This document shows, in pieces, positions 20,419 through 30,367 of a stretch of 64,000 bases of DNA. The stretch is from Anaeromyxobacteraceae bacterium (GTDB lineage: Bacteria > Myxococcota > Myxococcia > Myxococcales > Anaeromyxobacteraceae). The stretch spans positions 708,998 through 772,997 of the forward strand of contig JAULAX010000017.1 of assembly GCA_032654565.1 (NCBI GenBank), in the 5' to 3' direction. The notes beneath the pieces are model-generated. The model saw only the letters and a list, made by a program, of their open reading frames with translations. It did no database searches and had not been told where the DNA came from. The position numbers and the translations under genes were made by a program. Within the stretch, counting starts at the first letter, position 1. Each line of letters starts with the position of its first letter.

Positions 20419-21614
20419 AGGTCGAAGCACTCCACGAGGAAGATCTCGTCCTGGCGGGAGCGGAGGCGGTCGAGCACCGCCGGGCCGGGCCGCTCGTCGA
20501 GCATGAGGGCGCAGCTGGCGGCGGTCGCCCCCTCGAAGACGGTGTTGCGCACCTCCTCGACGTTGATGCCGGCCTCGCGGAGGACGCCGAGGACGTTGGC
20601 CAGCACCCCCACCTGGTCGCGGTGGCGCACCACCAGCCGCGCCCGCGCCGGCGACTTCCTGGCCACGTTGACGCAGTTGGGGACGGTCCCGTCGCGCACC
20701 AGGCAGCCGAGGATGCGCACCGTCTCGGCGGCGATGGCGTCCTGGGCCTGGGCGGTGGAGGCGCCCACGTGGTGGGTCCCGTAGACGTTGGGGAGCTGGG
20801 CCAGCTCGCTGGCGAAGGCGGCCTGCCCGCCGGCCGGCTCGCCGGCGAAGACGTCGGTCCCCACCCGCAGCCGCCCGGCCCGGGCCAGCTCCAGCAGGGC
20901 CGCCTGGTCCACCAGCTCGGCGCGGGCGGTGTTGATGAGCATGGCGCCGGGGCGGAGCGCCTCCAGCACCTCGCGGCTCACCAGCCCGCGCGTCTCCGGG
21001 GTCAGCGGCAGGTGGAGCGAGAGGATGTCCGACCCCGCCGCCAGCTCGCGCAGCGAGGCGGCCCGCCTCACCCCCAGCGCCGCGGCTCCCGCGTCGTCGA
21101 GCGAGCGGGACCAGGCGGTGACCTGGAGGCCGAAGGCCCGGGCCCGGGTGATGGTCTCGCGCCCGATGGGGCCGGCCCCGGCCACGCCCAGTCGGCGGCC
21201 GAAGAGGCCGTCGGCCTCGGAGAAGGTCTTCTTGTCCCACCGCCCGGCCCGCAGCCGGATGACGTTGTCGGGGAGGCGGCGGTCGAGGGCCACCATCAGC
21301 CCCATGGCCAGCTCGGCCACGGCGATGGCGTTCTGGCCCGGGCAGTTGGCCACCGGGATCCCCACCCGGGAGGCGGCCGCCACGTCGATGGTGTTGGTCC
21401 CGGCCCCGGCGCGGATGACCAGCGAGAGGGCGTCGGCCTGCTCGAAGACGGCCGCGGTGACCTGCTTCCCCCGCACCACCAGGGCGCCGACCCCGGCCAT
21501 GGCGCCGGGCAGCTCCGCGGCGGTGAGGTCGGGCCGGTACTCCACCGCGAGGCCGAGGGCCTCGAGCTCGGCGAGGCGCTCTCTGGGGAATGCGTCGGCG
21601 ACCAGCACCTTCAT
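20415..21614 (-). CDS. serA: D-3-phosphoglycerate dehydrogenase-like (C-terminal ACT domain)
   Basis: RAGAG..TID, N.PGQNA.AVAE, GAGPIG, LHLP, INTAR, HVGAST, HRDQVGVLA. Confidence 0.75.
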   Translation of the reverse strand: MKVLVADAFPRERLAELEALGLAVEYRPDLTAAELPGAMAGVGALVVRGKQVTAAVFEQADALSLVIRAGAGTNTIDVAAASRVGIPVANCPGQNAIAVAELAMGLMVALDRRLPDNVIRLRAGRWDKKTFSEADGLFGRRLGVAGAGPIGRETITRARAFGLQVTAWSRSLDDAGAAALGVRRAASLRELAAGSDILSLHLPLTPETRGLVSREVLEALRPGAMLINTARAELVDQAALLELARAGRLRVGTDVFAGEPAGGQAAFASELAQLPNVYGTHHVGASTAQAQDAIAAETVRILGCLVRDGTVPNCVNVARKSPARARLVVRHRDQVGVLANVLGVLREAGINVEEVRNTVFEGATAASCALMLDERPGPAVLDRLRSRQDEIFLVECFDL

Positions 21615-21675
21615 GGCGACCTCCCGCGGCGGGCCGATCCGGAGTCTGGCCGGTTCCCAGCGGCGCGGCAATCCA

Positions 21676-22557
21676 TCAACGCGGCTCAGATCGGGCCGGC
21701 CCCGGCAGGCGGAAGACCCCGCCCCCCAGCTCGACCACCTGCCCGGAGACGAAGACCTCGCCGGCCAGGTCCACCCGCAGGTCGAGCGAGGAGGGGCGCC
21801 CCACCGCCTCGCCCTGCGAGACGGTGAGCGAGAGCGGGCGCGGCGCGCCGGTGGCGAGGTGCCAGCCCCCCAGGTTGGCGCAGGCCGAGCCGGTGGCCGG
21901 GTCCTCGACCAGGGCGCCGTGCTCCACCGAGAAGAAGCGGGCCAGCGCCTGCCCCGGGCCGCTCGGCGCCCAGGCGTAGACCATCACCTCGCCGCCGCCG
22001 GGCTGGCGGCCGTGGCGATCGAGCCGGGCCAGGTCGGGGCGCACCGCCCGCACCAGCTCCGGCGAGGCCAGCGGCAGGACCAGCTGCTGCGACCCGGTGT
22101 CCACCCAGAGTGGCTGGCGGACGCTGCCCTCGGGGAGCCCGAGCATGGCGGCCAGCTGGGCGGGCGAGCCCTCCGGCGCCGTCACCGCCGGGGGCCGGGC
22201 GGCGCGCAACGTCCAGCGGTCGCCCCGGGCCGTCACCTCGACCAGGCCGGCCGCCAGCTCCAGCGCCAGCCGGTCGCCGCACCCGGTGAGGGCCCGGACC
22301 ACCTGGGCGGTGCCGAGCGTGGGGTGGCCGGCGAAGGGCATCTCGAAGGCCGGCGTGAAGATGCGGACCCGGGCGGCCGCCCCGGGGCGGCTGGCCGGCA
22401 GGATGAAGCTGGTCTCGGCGAGGTTGAGCTGGCGGGCCAGCGCCTGCAGGGTGGCGTCGTCGAGGCCGCGCCCGTCCTCGAAGACGCAGAGCGGGTTGCC
22501 GGAGAGCGGCGCGCCGCCGGCGGTGAAGACGTTGAGGATCCGGTAGGCCAGCTCCAC
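21676..22557 (-). CDS. PhzF-family isomerase
   Basis: NVFT, GNPL, LNLAETSF, EMPFAGHPTLG, EDPATGSA, QG...GRPS. Confidence 0.88.
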   Translation of the reverse strand: MELAYRILNVFTAGGAPLSGNPLCVFEDGRGLDDATLQALARQLNLAETSFILPASRPGAAARVRIFTPAFEMPFAGHPTLGTAQVVRALTGCGDRLALELAAGLVEVTARGDRWTLRAARPPAVTAPEGSPAQLAAMLGLPEGSVRQPLWVDTGSQQLVLPLASPELVRAVRPDLARLDRHGRQPGGGEVMVYAWAPSGPGQALARFFSVEHGALVEDPATGSACANLGGWHLATGAPRPLSLTVSQGEAVGRPSSLDLRVDLAGEVFVSGQVVELGGGVFRLPGPARSEPR

Positions 22558-22567
22558 GGCACCCCTC

Positions 22568-22705
22568 CCGGCCGCAGGTGACCCGGGGCAGATCGGCCGG
22601 CCGCAGGTCACCCCGGGGCGGACCGGCCGGCCGCAGGTTCCCCCGGGCTGGCCGGTCGAGGACGGACCGGCCTGCCGCACGTTACCCCGGGGGCGGACCG
22701 GCCGG
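22568..22705 (+). repeat. Four imperfect ~30-bp tandem repeats (CCGGCCGCAGGT..CCCGGGGCGGACCGG) in a divergent intergenic region
   Basis: Units begin near 22568, 22597, 22627 and 22671. Confidence 0.7.
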
Positions 22706-22774
22706 CCGGCGCTTATGATGCGGGTTCCAGTTCTCGCCCGCGGCCCGGTGGCCCGGTGACACGGAGTTCGCCAC

Positions 22775-23821
22775 GTGGAAGAGCCCCGCCCCGACCCCCT
22801 CGACGCCCTGCCGACCGCGGTGACCGGCCCCCCGGTCGCCTCCCTGCGCCAGGCCTCCGCGGCCCTGGCCTTCTACGCCGGCGAGCCGTCGGCGCGGGCC
22901 CGCCCGGGCCGGCTCGACCGGCTGCTCTGGGGGATGGGCGCCTCCTTCCACGCCGCCCGGCTGATGGTGCGCGACCGGGCCCTGCTCCGCTCCGCCCTCT
23001 GGCCCACCGCCCTGACGCTCCTCGGGGCGGTGCTGGCCGGTGGCGCGGTGGCCCTCCGGCGCGGCGGCGTCGAGCTGGCGACCGGCGAGGGCGGCCCCTC
23101 GCCCCGGGGGCTCCAGGCCTTCTTCGTCACCTTCGTGGCCCTGGCCTCGATGCCGCCCACCTTCCTGCAGCGCCAGTGGATGGGCGTGGCCCATGAGGCG
23201 CGCCGGGCGCTGGGGCTGCCGCCGGGCGAGGATCCCTTCCCCGGCGAGAGCTACCTGGCCATGCTCTGGCGCGAGGGGCGCAAGGCCATCCGCCAGGCGG
23301 TGGTGGTCTCCATGGGGCTGCTCCCGGTGGTGGTCTTCATCCGGCTGCTCCCCTTCGGCGACGCCGAGGCGGCGGCGATCGGCGGCGCCTGGGCCTTCTA
23401 CTGGGTGGTGGTGGACGCCTTCGAGCTGCCCATCGAGGTGCTGGTGGGCCCGCGCCACCCCACCTCGGCCCCCTGGTACGCCCGCGCCCTGGGCTGGCTG
23501 GGTGGCCTGGCCCGGCCGCTCCGCTTCTTCCGCTGGGCCGGCCGGATGCTGGAGCGGCTGACCCGCCCCTGGGGCGAGGAGGTCCGCTTCACCGAGCGTC
23601 ACGGCTGGGAGACGGCCGGCTTCGCCGCCGGCGTCGGCCTGGTGCTGGCCATCCCGGTGGTCGGGCTCTTCTTCCGGGCGGTGGCCATCACCGCCGCCAC
23701 CGACCTGATCGGCCGGCTCGGCCACCCGCTGGAGGCGCCGCTCCCGGGCGCTCCTACCGAGGCGCCGCCGCTGCCTGGTCCAGCGCCTCGCGCAGCTTCC
23801 GCCCCAGCGAGTCCGGCGTGA
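22775..23821 (+). CDS. Membrane protein, possibly EI24/CysZ-like
   Basis: Several TM helices, C-terminal IPVVGLFFRAVAITAAT; overlaps the convergent kinase by 68 bp. Confidence 0.6.
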   Translation: MEEPRPDPLDALPTAVTGPPVASLRQASAALAFYAGEPSARARPGRLDRLLWGMGASFHAARLMVRDRALLRSALWPTALTLLGAVLAGGAVALRRGGVELATGEGGPSPRGLQAFFVTFVALASMPPTFLQRQWMGVAHEARRALGLPPGEDPFPGESYLAMLWREGRKAIRQAVVVSMGLLPVVVFIRLLPFGDAEAAAIGGAWAFYWVVVDAFELPIEVLVGPRHPTSAPWYARALGWLGGLARPLRFFRWAGRMLERLTRPWGEEVRFTERHGWETAGFAAGVGLVLAIPVVGLFFRAVAITAATDLIGRLGHPLEAPLPGAPTEAPPLPGPAPRAASAPASPA

Positions 23822-26144
23822 ACGGCTTCTCCAGGAAGAGCGAGCCCGGCGAGAGCACGCCGTGCTGGGCGATGGCGTCATCGGTGTAGCCGGACATGAA
23901 GACCACCGAGGTCGAGGGGGACCGGGCCAGCACGCAGCGAGCCACCTCGACGCCGTTGCCGCCGGGCATGACCACGTCGGTGAGGAGCGCGGTGAAGCTC
24001 CGCCCCTCGTCCAGCAGCACGGTGGCGTGGGCCAGGCCGCTGGCGGCGGTGACCGCGTAGCCGAGGGACCGCAGGGAACGGACCGCGGCGCGGCGCACCT
24101 GCTCGTCGTCCTCGACCACCAGGACCGCCTCCCCGGGGCGGGCCCGGAGCCGGGCCGCTTCGGTCGGTGGGGCCACCTCGGCGGCCGCCTCCACCGCCCG
24201 CGGCAAGTAGATCTTGAAGGTGCTCCCCTTCCCGGGCTCGCTGTAGACCCAGATGCTCCCGCCGCTCTGCTTGACGATGCCGTAGACGGTGGGGAGCCCC
24301 AGCCCGGTCCCCTTCCCCTGCGGCTTGGTGGTGAAGAAGGGCTCGAAGACCTGCTCCAGGGTGGCGGCGTCCATGCCGCAGCCGGTGTCGGAGATGGCCA
24401 GCATGACCTGCGGGCCGGCGGTGGCGCCGTGGTGCCCCTCCACGAACTCCTGGTCGAGGACCACGTCGGCGGTCTCGATGCTCAGCTTGCCCCCTCGGGG
24501 CATGGCGTCGCGCCCGTTGACCGCCAGGTTGAGGATCACCTGCTCCAGCTGGCTGGGGTCGATGAACACCGGGTGCAGCCCCGCGGCCAGGTGGGTCCGC
24601 ACCACCACGTCCTCGCCGAGCAGCCGCGCCAGCATCCGCTCCACCTCGCGCACCTTCTGGTTCAGGTCGACCACCTGCGGCTGCAGCACCTGCCGCCGGC
24701 TGAAGGCGAGGAGCTGGCGGGTGATGGCCTGGGCCCGCTCACCGGCGCCGCGGATCTCGTCGAACTCCTCGCGGAGCGGGCTGGCCGGCATGGTGTCGGC
24801 CAGGCCGAGCTCGGCCGAGGACATGATCACCGTCAGCAGGTTGTTGAAGTCGTGGGCCACGCCGCCGGCCAGGCGCCCCACCGCCTCCATCTTGAGGGCC
24901 TGGCGCAGCCGATCCTCGCTCTCGCGCAGGTCCAGCTCCCCCTGCCGCCGCTCGGTGACGTCGCGGGCGAAGACCGCGGCGCCGATCACCCTCCCGTCGG
25001 CGGCCCGGATGGGGGCGTGGTTGATCTCGAAGGAGCGGCGCTGCCGGCCCGGCTCGCCGGAGAAGGCCTCGGCCACGAACTGCTCGCCACCCAGCACCCG
25101 GTCGATGTTGGCCCTGGCCAGGTCCCAGTCGGCGGACTCGGTCATGAAGTCGGAGAGCGGACGCCCCAGCACCGGCTCGGCCCCGTAGATGACCTTCATG
25201 GTCCCGGCGTGGGCCTTGTTGAAGGCGGTGTAGCGGTACTCCCGGTCCACCGAGAAGATGGCCGAGTCGGTGGCCTCGAGGAGGCCACGCAGGTTGGCCA
25301 GGCCCTCCTCGACCCGCCGCTGGCTCCTCTCCAGCGCGTCCTGCGCCTGCTTCAGGTCGGTGATGTCGGTCCCCACGGCGATCAGGAGCGGCTCGCCGCG
25401 GGCGCTCTGCCCCCGCCGCTTTCGCACCCGGGCCACGTGGCGGCCGCCCGGCAGCCCGTGCAGCTCCTCCTCGACGGCCAGCTCCTCGCCGGTGGCCAGC
25501 ACCCGGTCGTCCTCGGCCCAGTGCGTCGCGGTGACCTCGGGAGAGAAGAAGTCGGCGTCGGTCCGCCCCACCACGTCGACGGCGGGGCGCCCCATGACCC
25601 GCGCCGCCAGCTGGTTGACGAAGAGGTACTTCCGGTCCGGCCCCTTGACGAAGAGTGGGATGGGGATGGCGTCGAGCAGGGCGTAGGTGGCCATCAGCTC
25701 GCGCCGCAGGCGGGTGTCCTCGGCCTCGACGCCGTCGACCTCCAGGGAGATCACCAGGTGACCGTCGAGGGCCTGCTTCACCGTGGTGGCGCTCACCAGC
25801 ACGGTCAGGTCCTGGAGCTGGCCCTGGCCGTCGCGCAGCCTCAGGTAGGCGGTGTCGCGCCGGACCGGCTCGCCGCGCTGCGCCGTGTCCATGGCCCGGC
25901 GCAGGGCGCAGAAGGCGCAGTCCGGCTGCTCGCCGCAGCCGCCGGGGAGCTCGGCGGTGACGCAGCCGAGCAGGGCGCCGGGGCGCTGGTCCGGCTGGAG
26001 CGACGGGTCGCCGGCCGCCGGGAAGCGCCGCCGGGCCGCCTCGTTGGCGAAGACCACGCGGGCGGCGGCGTTCACCAGGAAGGTGGGGTTCGGCGAGGCG
26101 TCGAGCGCGCCACACCATGCGGCAGGATCCTTCTCTTGCGCCAC
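23754..26144 (-). CDS. Multi-PAS hybrid sensor histidine kinase/response regulator
   Basis: AHDFNNLL, NLAVNGRDA, DTGCG, FFTTK..GTGLGL, receiver VVEDD/TDVVMP; start uncertain (GTG 26144). Confidence 0.88.
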   Translation of the reverse strand: MAQEKDPAAWCGALDASPNPTFLVNAAARVVFANEAARRRFPAAGDPSLQPDQRPGALLGCVTAELPGGCGEQPDCAFCALRRAMDTAQRGEPVRRDTAYLRLRDGQGQLQDLTVLVSATTVKQALDGHLVISLEVDGVEAEDTRLRRELMATYALLDAIPIPLFVKGPDRKYLFVNQLAARVMGRPAVDVVGRTDADFFSPEVTATHWAEDDRVLATGEELAVEEELHGLPGGRHVARVRKRRGQSARGEPLLIAVGTDITDLKQAQDALERSQRRVEEGLANLRGLLEATDSAIFSVDREYRYTAFNKAHAGTMKVIYGAEPVLGRPLSDFMTESADWDLARANIDRVLGGEQFVAEAFSGEPGRQRRSFEINHAPIRAADGRVIGAAVFARDVTERRQGELDLRESEDRLRQALKMEAVGRLAGGVAHDFNNLLTVIMSSAELGLADTMPASPLREEFDEIRGAGERAQAITRQLLAFSRRQVLQPQVVDLNQKVREVERMLARLLGEDVVVRTHLAAGLHPVFIDPSQLEQVILNLAVNGRDAMPRGGKLSIETADVVLDQEFVEGHHGATAGPQVMLAISDTGCGMDAATLEQVFEPFFTTKPQGKGTGLGLPTVYGIVKQSGGSIWVYSEPGKGSTFKIYLPRAVEAAAEVAPPTEAARLRARPGEAVLVVEDDEQVRRAAVRSLRSLGYAVTAASGLAHATVLLDEGRSFTALLTDVVMPGGNGVEVARCVLARSPSTSVVFMSGYTDDAIAQHGVLSPGSLFLEKPFTPDSLGRKLREALDQAAAAPR

Positions 26145-26225
26145 CCGGCCTCCCCCTTCAGACGACGAACGGGGATTGTGCCGACGCCAGGCCCGCCATG
26201 GCAAGTGGCGACCCTACTTCCCGGG

Positions 26226-26462
26226 TCAGAACCAGGTGACGCCGAGCACCTCCGCCGCCGCCGCCACCTCGCCGACCTGCACCCCGCAGCCGTGCCCGGA
26301 CTCCACCGCCCAGCCGAAGCAGAGCCCCACCAGCATCGCCACCAGCGCCACCTTGCGCAGCAGGTACCCCCGGTAGGCCTTGCAGTCCCAGCACCGGCAG
26401 CGCAACGCCTGATCCAGCCCCACGTCCGCCTCGCCCCAGTTGATCGTCCTCGGCTGGCTCAT
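26226..26462 (-). CDS. Small hypothetical membrane protein (CxCxxC motif)
   Basis: ORF with RBS GGAGGGG and a hydrophobic segment; no recognised family. Confidence 0.4.
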   Translation of the reverse strand: MSQPRTINWGEADVGLDQALRCRCWDCKAYRGYLLRKVALVAMLVGLCFGWAVESGHGCGVQVGEVAAAAEVLGVTWF

Positions 26463-26576
26463 CGCTTCCCCTCCCCCGCTGCGCCCCGACTCCGTGTGCA
26501 GGGGAGACAGGACGGCCCGGGAAGTGTGACGCCCCGCCTTGCGGCCTGCCGACGGGCTCCGCTAACGTGCCCATCC

Positions 26577-27134
26577 GTGACGTCCCCGCCCTTCCGAACC
26601 CACCACGCCGTCCTGCTCGCCCTGCTGGCCGGGGTGGTGGTGGCGGTGCTGGCCCCCGGACGGGTCCTGCGCCCGGAGCCGGCCGACGTCCTCCTCGCCC
26701 TCCAGGCCGCCCGCGGCCCCGCCCTGCCCCCGCCTGGGCGCGCCGGCGCCGCCAGCGCCTCGCCGGTGACCCGCTACGGCAAGGAGACCCTGGCCGACGT
26801 CATCGACGGCGCCGCCGAGGCCTACCTGGCCCGCGGCTTCACCGCCGCCGCCTTCGCCACCTACACCTTCGACCGGGCCGGCGCCGCTCCGGTGGAGGTG
26901 GCGGCCGAGGCCCACCGCTTCCAGACCGAGGCCGGCGCCGAGGCCCAGGCGCTGGCCGAGCGCCCCCCCCGCGCCACCGCGGTGGCCGGGCTCACGGCGG
27001 CCAGCTCCGACGGCTCGGTGCTGGTGGCCCGGGCTGGACGCGAGCTGCTCAAGCTGACCCTGCTCTCGCCCGGGGCGGCCGGCGCCGAGCCCCTGGCGGC
27101 GCTGGCGAGCGCCTGGAAGAAGGAGACACCATGA
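26577..27134 (+). CDS. Hypothetical exported protein (DUF6599-like)
   Basis: YGKETLADVIDGAAEAYL..GF motif; translationally coupled to the DUF362 gene. Confidence 0.6.
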   Translation: MTSPPFRTHHAVLLALLAGVVVAVLAPGRVLRPEPADVLLALQAARGPALPPPGRAGAASASPVTRYGKETLADVIDGAAEAYLARGFTAAAFATYTFDRAGAAPVEVAAEAHRFQTEAGAEAQALAERPPRATAVAGLTAASSDGSVLVARAGRELLKLTLLSPGAAGAEPLAALASAWKKETP

Positions 27135-28096
27135 GCGTGTACGACGAGCGGATGGGGCGGCGCCAGGCGTTGATCCGGCTCTCCCAGGCGGCCCTGGCCG
27201 GCGTGGCGGTGGTGGGCGGCGCCGGGCTGCTGCTCGACCGGCGGGTGGCGCGCGCCGAGGGGCTGACCATCCCCGACTGGCGGGTCCAGGCCACCGGGCC
27301 GGCGGCCAAGGCCGCGGCGGCGCGCGGCGACGACCCGGCCAGGAACGTGGCCCGGGCGCTGGCGGCGCTGGGCGGCATGGGGCAGTTCGTGAAGCGGGGC
27401 GAGACCGTGCTGGTGAAGCCGAACGTGGGCTGGGACCGGCTCCCCGAGCAGGCCGCCAACACCGACCCCGACGTGGTGGCCGAGATCGTCCGGCAGTGCC
27501 GCGCCGCCGGGGCGGCCCGGGTGCTGGTGGCCGACATCTCCTGCAACGATCCGCAGCGCTGCTTCGCCCGCTCCGGCGTGCTGGCCAAGGCCCAGGCGGC
27601 CGGGGCCGAGGTGCTCGACGCCCGCCAGCTCAAGCTGGTGCCGGCCGGGCTGACCGGCGCCGCCGCCGGGCTCGAGGTGATCGCCCCGCTCTTCGAGGCG
27701 CAGCGGGTCATCAACGTGCCGGTGGCCAAGCACCACTCGCTGTCGAAGGCCACGCTGGGGATGAAGAACTGGTTCGGCGTGCTCGGCAAGGGGCGCAACC
27801 GGCTCCACCAGGGGATCGACCGCTCCATCGCCGAGCTGGCCGCCACCTTCCGCCCCACCCTGACCATCATCGACGCCTCGCGGGTGCTGCTCGGCAACGG
27901 GCCGCAGGGGGGCAGCCTCGACGACGTCAGGGCGGTGGGGGCCATCTGCGCCGGCGTCGACCCGGTGCTGCTCGACGCCTGGGGAGCGGCCCAGCTGGGC
28001 CTCAAGCCGTCCGCCCTGGCCTACCTCGGCGAGGCCGAGCGGCGGGGGCTGGGGCACGCCGACGTGGCGCTGGTGCGCGAGCTCGGCAAGGCCTGA
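27131..28096 (+). CDS. DUF362 domain protein (Tat-like signal)
   Basis: RRQAL signal, LGGM..FV..G..VLVKPN.GWD, INVPVAKHH, TLGMKN. Confidence 0.85.
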   Translation: MSVYDERMGRRQALIRLSQAALAGVAVVGGAGLLLDRRVARAEGLTIPDWRVQATGPAAKAAAARGDDPARNVARALAALGGMGQFVKRGETVLVKPNVGWDRLPEQAANTDPDVVAEIVRQCRAAGAARVLVADISCNDPQRCFARSGVLAKAQAAGAEVLDARQLKLVPAGLTGAAAGLEVIAPLFEAQRVINVPVAKHHSLSKATLGMKNWFGVLGKGRNRLHQGIDRSIAELAATFRPTLTIIDASRVLLGNGPQGGSLDDVRAVGAICAGVDPVLLDAWGAAQLGLKPSALAYLGEAERRGLGHADVALVRELGKA

Positions 28097-29583
28097 TGGC
28101 CCGCCCCAGCTGGACGCGCCGGGTGCGCCGGCTCTGGCAGCTCGCCAGCCTGGGGCTCTTCCTCTTCCTGATGTGGGGGCTCTCGCGCGGCGACCCGCGG
28201 GCCTTTCCCTTCGGCGTGCTCCACGAGGCCGACCCGCTCTCGGTGGCCGGGCTGGCCGTGGCGGCCGGCACCGTCCCGAAGGCGCTGCTGCTCGGCGTCG
28301 GGCTGATCCTGCTGACGCTGGTGGTGGGGCGGGCCTTCTGCGGCTGGTTCTGCCCGCTCGGCACGCTCCAGGAGCTGGCCGGCCTGCTGCTGACGCCGCG
28401 CTCCCGCCGCGAGTCGATCGACGCCAACCGCTTCCGCGCCTGGCAGGGCTGGAAGTACGTGCTGCTGGCCGCGCTGCTGGCCTTCGCCGTGCTCGGCTCC
28501 TGGCAGGGCGGCCTGCTCGACCCGCTCTCGCTCACCGCCCGCGGCCTGCAGGGCGGGCTCTGGCCGGCGCTGGGGCGGGGGCGCGAGGTCCCCGGGGGCT
28601 GGCTGGCGGCGGCGCTGCTGCTCGGCGTGGTGCTGGCGGCCCGCTGGGTGCCGCGCTTCTTCTGCCGGGCCCTCTGCCCGCTCGGCGCGCTGCTCGGCGT
28701 CTTCTCCCGCCTCGCCCTCTTCCGCATCGAGCGGAGGGGGGCCGCCTGCACCGACTGCCGGCTCTGCACCTTCGCCTGCCAGGGGGCCGACGAGCCGCTC
28801 GCCACCCACCGGCCCGGCGAGTGCCTGGTCTGCCTGGAGTGCCTCGACGCCTGCCCCGACGGCGCCATCTCCTTCGGCCTGCGCCTCTCGCAGCCGCCGC
28901 AGCCGGCCGAGCCCGACGTGCGCCGGCGCCACCTGGTGGGCGGGGCGCTGCTCGGCCTGGTGCTCGGCCCGGTGGTGCGGGCCGCCGGCGGGGGGCGCGA
29001 CGCCGGCCGCCACGACCTGATCCGGCCGCCGGGCGCCACGCCGGAGCCGGAGTTCCTGGCCCGCTGCACCAAGTGCCTGCTCTGCGGCGAGGCCTGCCCC
29101 ACCGGCGCCATCCAGCCGGCGCTGGGCCAGGCCGGGCTGGAGGGGTTCTGGACGCCGGTGGTGGTGCCGCGGCGAGGCGGCTGCGAGCTGGCCTGCACCC
29201 GCTGCGGCGAGGTCTGCCCCACCGGGGCGCTGGCCCGGCTGACCGCGTCGCGCAAGACCGGGTACGACGGCCAGCGGCCGGTCAGCATCGGCACCGCCTT
29301 CTTCGACCGCGGCCGCTGCCTGCCCTGGGCCAACCAGATCCCCTGCATCGTCTGCGAGGAGATGTGCCCCACCGACCCCAAGGCCATCACGCTCACGGTG
29401 GTCGAGGAGCGCCGCCCCGACGGCACGCCGGTGCGGCTGCAGCGGCCGCAGGTGGTGCCGGCGCTCTGCGTCGGGTGCGGCATCTGCGAGAACCGCTGTC
29501 CGGTGGGAGAGCTGGCCGCCATCCGGGTCAGCTCGGTCGGCGAGTCGCGCGACCCGCTCAACCGGATGATCCTGGGGGGGTGA
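28096..29583 (+). CDS. Membrane polyferredoxin (NapH/MauN-like fused to NapG/MauM-like)
   Basis: GRAFCGWFCPLG, RFFCRALCPLG, multiple CxxCxxCxxxCP, IRPPGA. Confidence 0.88.
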   Translation: MARPSWTRRVRRLWQLASLGLFLFLMWGLSRGDPRAFPFGVLHEADPLSVAGLAVAAGTVPKALLLGVGLILLTLVVGRAFCGWFCPLGTLQELAGLLLTPRSRRESIDANRFRAWQGWKYVLLAALLAFAVLGSWQGGLLDPLSLTARGLQGGLWPALGRGREVPGGWLAAALLLGVVLAARWVPRFFCRALCPLGALLGVFSRLALFRIERRGAACTDCRLCTFACQGADEPLATHRPGECLVCLECLDACPDGAISFGLRLSQPPQPAEPDVRRRHLVGGALLGLVLGPVVRAAGGGRDAGRHDLIRPPGATPEPEFLARCTKCLLCGEACPTGAIQPALGQAGLEGFWTPVVVPRRGGCELACTRCGEVCPTGALARLTASRKTGYDGQRPVSIGTAFFDRGRCLPWANQIPCIVCEEMCPTDPKAITLTVVEERRPDGTPVRLQRPQVVPALCVGCGICENRCPVGELAAIRVSSVGESRDPLNRMILGG

Positions 29584-29619
29584 ACCCGGAGCCCGAAGCG
29601 CTCCGGGCCACCTGCCGGG

Positions 29620-30327
29620 CTACCGGGGCGGACCGCCGCCCGGCTTGCCGCCACCCGGACGACCGCGACCGCCGCCGCCGGGGCCGCTGCGCTGTCCCTT
29701 GCGATCCTCCTTGAGCGAGTCCATGGAGAAGCCGGTGCTGGCCGGCGCCCCCTTGCCGCTGCCGGCGCCGCCGCGACCGCCGCCGCCGCCGCCACCGGGG
29801 CCGCCGCGGCCGCGATCCTTCTTCTCGGCCCGCTGCACCTGGCGCATCGAGGCCGGGGCCACGTCGACGACGTACTGGAAGCCGTTCAGCGTCTTGGCGC
29901 CGGGGATCGGCTCCTCCGGCCCGAAGACGCGGACCAGCCGGACGTCCTCGATCTGCCGGCCGACCGCCTTGACGGCGTCGCGCAGGCGCGACAGCCGGTC
30001 GCCCGACAGCCCGGTGGCCGTGGCCACCGCGGCGTCGAACGCCGCTGCGACGGCCTCGGTCTCCACCTCCTCGACAGGGCGGGCCGGGGCGGCGGGGCGG
30101 GCCGGCGCGGGGGGCGGGCTGGCCTCGACGACCGCCGAAGCCTCGACGGCGGGGGGCACCTCGCCCTCGGCCACGGGGGCCGGGGCGGCGGTCTCGACGA
30201 CTTCGGCGGGGGGCGCCACCTCGGCGGCGGCGGGCGGCTCCTCGCGGGGGAGCGAGCGCTTCGCCGCGGCGATGGCCGCCGCTGCCTGCCGCAGGGTGGT
30301 GCCGCTCAACTCGGTCAGGGTTTTCAT
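29620..30327 (-). CDS. Hypothetical protein (Ala/Pro/Glu linker, Gly/Arg-rich tail)
   Basis: Codon bias; MKTLTELSG start. Confidence 0.65.
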   Translation of the reverse strand: MKTLTELSGTTLRQAAAAIAAAKRSLPREEPPAAAEVAPPAEVVETAAPAPVAEGEVPPAVEASAVVEASPPPAPARPAAPARPVEEVETEAVAAAFDAAVATATGLSGDRLSRLRDAVKAVGRQIEDVRLVRVFGPEEPIPGAKTLNGFQYVVDVAPASMRQVQRAEKKDRGRGGPGGGGGGGRGGAGSGKGAPASTGFSMDSLKEDRKGQRSGPGGGGRGRPGGGKPGGGPPR

Positions 30328-30367
30328 GCGCGCAGGAATACACTTTCCCGGCCCCGGCGGGAAGGTG

